A stretch of DNA of 64,000 bases from Squalus acanthias (Eukaryota): assembly GCA_030390025.1 (NCBI GenBank), contig CM059432.1, forward strand, positions 85,934,001-85,998,000, in the 5' to 3' direction. Under the pieces are notes generated by a model. The model was not told the origin of the DNA. It saw nothing but the letters and a program-made list of their open reading frames with translations, and did no database searches. Positions 63,689 through 64,000 of the stretch are shown here, piece after piece; the first letter of the stretch is position 1, and every line of letters begins with the position of its first letter. The position numbers were made by a program, and so were the translations under genes.

Positions 63689-64000
63689 ACTATTTCTCCT
63701 CCAACTCTCCCAGTTTATACTGACCCTCTTCTCACCTACCCCAAATCAACCTGTCACTCCCTTGCCCTGTAATCCATTTTATGTTGATACTTACCCCCCC
63801 CCCCCCCCCCCAGTTCAAGCTGGAACTCTTTTTCCACGCCCCACATTTAATGCTGGCACTCTTCCCTCCTTCTCCGTAAATACTGGCATTCTAACTCCCA
63901 CCTCTGCACCCCTGAGAGGAGAGAAATTAGCCAGAGTTTGCTCTCCTGCACCAAACATTCAAAAATCAGCAGAACCTGATGAGTTACCATATGGCTGAGG

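Noticed and set aside
63507..63998. 163-aa ORF at the window end
   Set aside because: Spans a MITE end and a poly-C tract; no recognisable domain or splice signals.
54690..64000. Next exon carrying the rest of Walker A (VGxGKSS)
   Set aside because: I could not find it by eye; it is presumably downstream of the window.

Overview
Eukaryotic, repeat-dense DNA, most likely from a cartilaginous fish (shark). This is inferred from the repeat landscape of HER1-like CR1 LINEs, DeuSINE-like SINEs and Myb/SANT Harbingers, not from a database match. The window lies inside one large plus-strand gene. Three phase-compatible GT-AG exons (16032-16199, 29576-29739, 54566-54689) join into the TMD1 end, a long linker and the NBD1 start of an ABCC-family transporter that looks SUR/ABCC8-ABCC9-like. 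The introns are filled with transposons: many CR1 copies, L2 fragments, tRNA-derived SINEs, Penelope-like elements carrying minimal hammerhead ribozymes, a near-complete Harbinger (transposase plus three-exon Myb/SANT gene) with a family of derived MITEs, a pogo/Tigger-like MITE and a probable Gypsy gag remnant. The most unusual observation is a compact (~3.2 kb) APE-RT LINE family, here called family A. Its 5' end is a tRNA-like Pol III A/B-box head in all three copies that retain a 5' end, it has no recognisable ORF1, and it has no conserved in-frame AUG. Most ORFs in the supplied track are transposon fragments or their antisense shadows.
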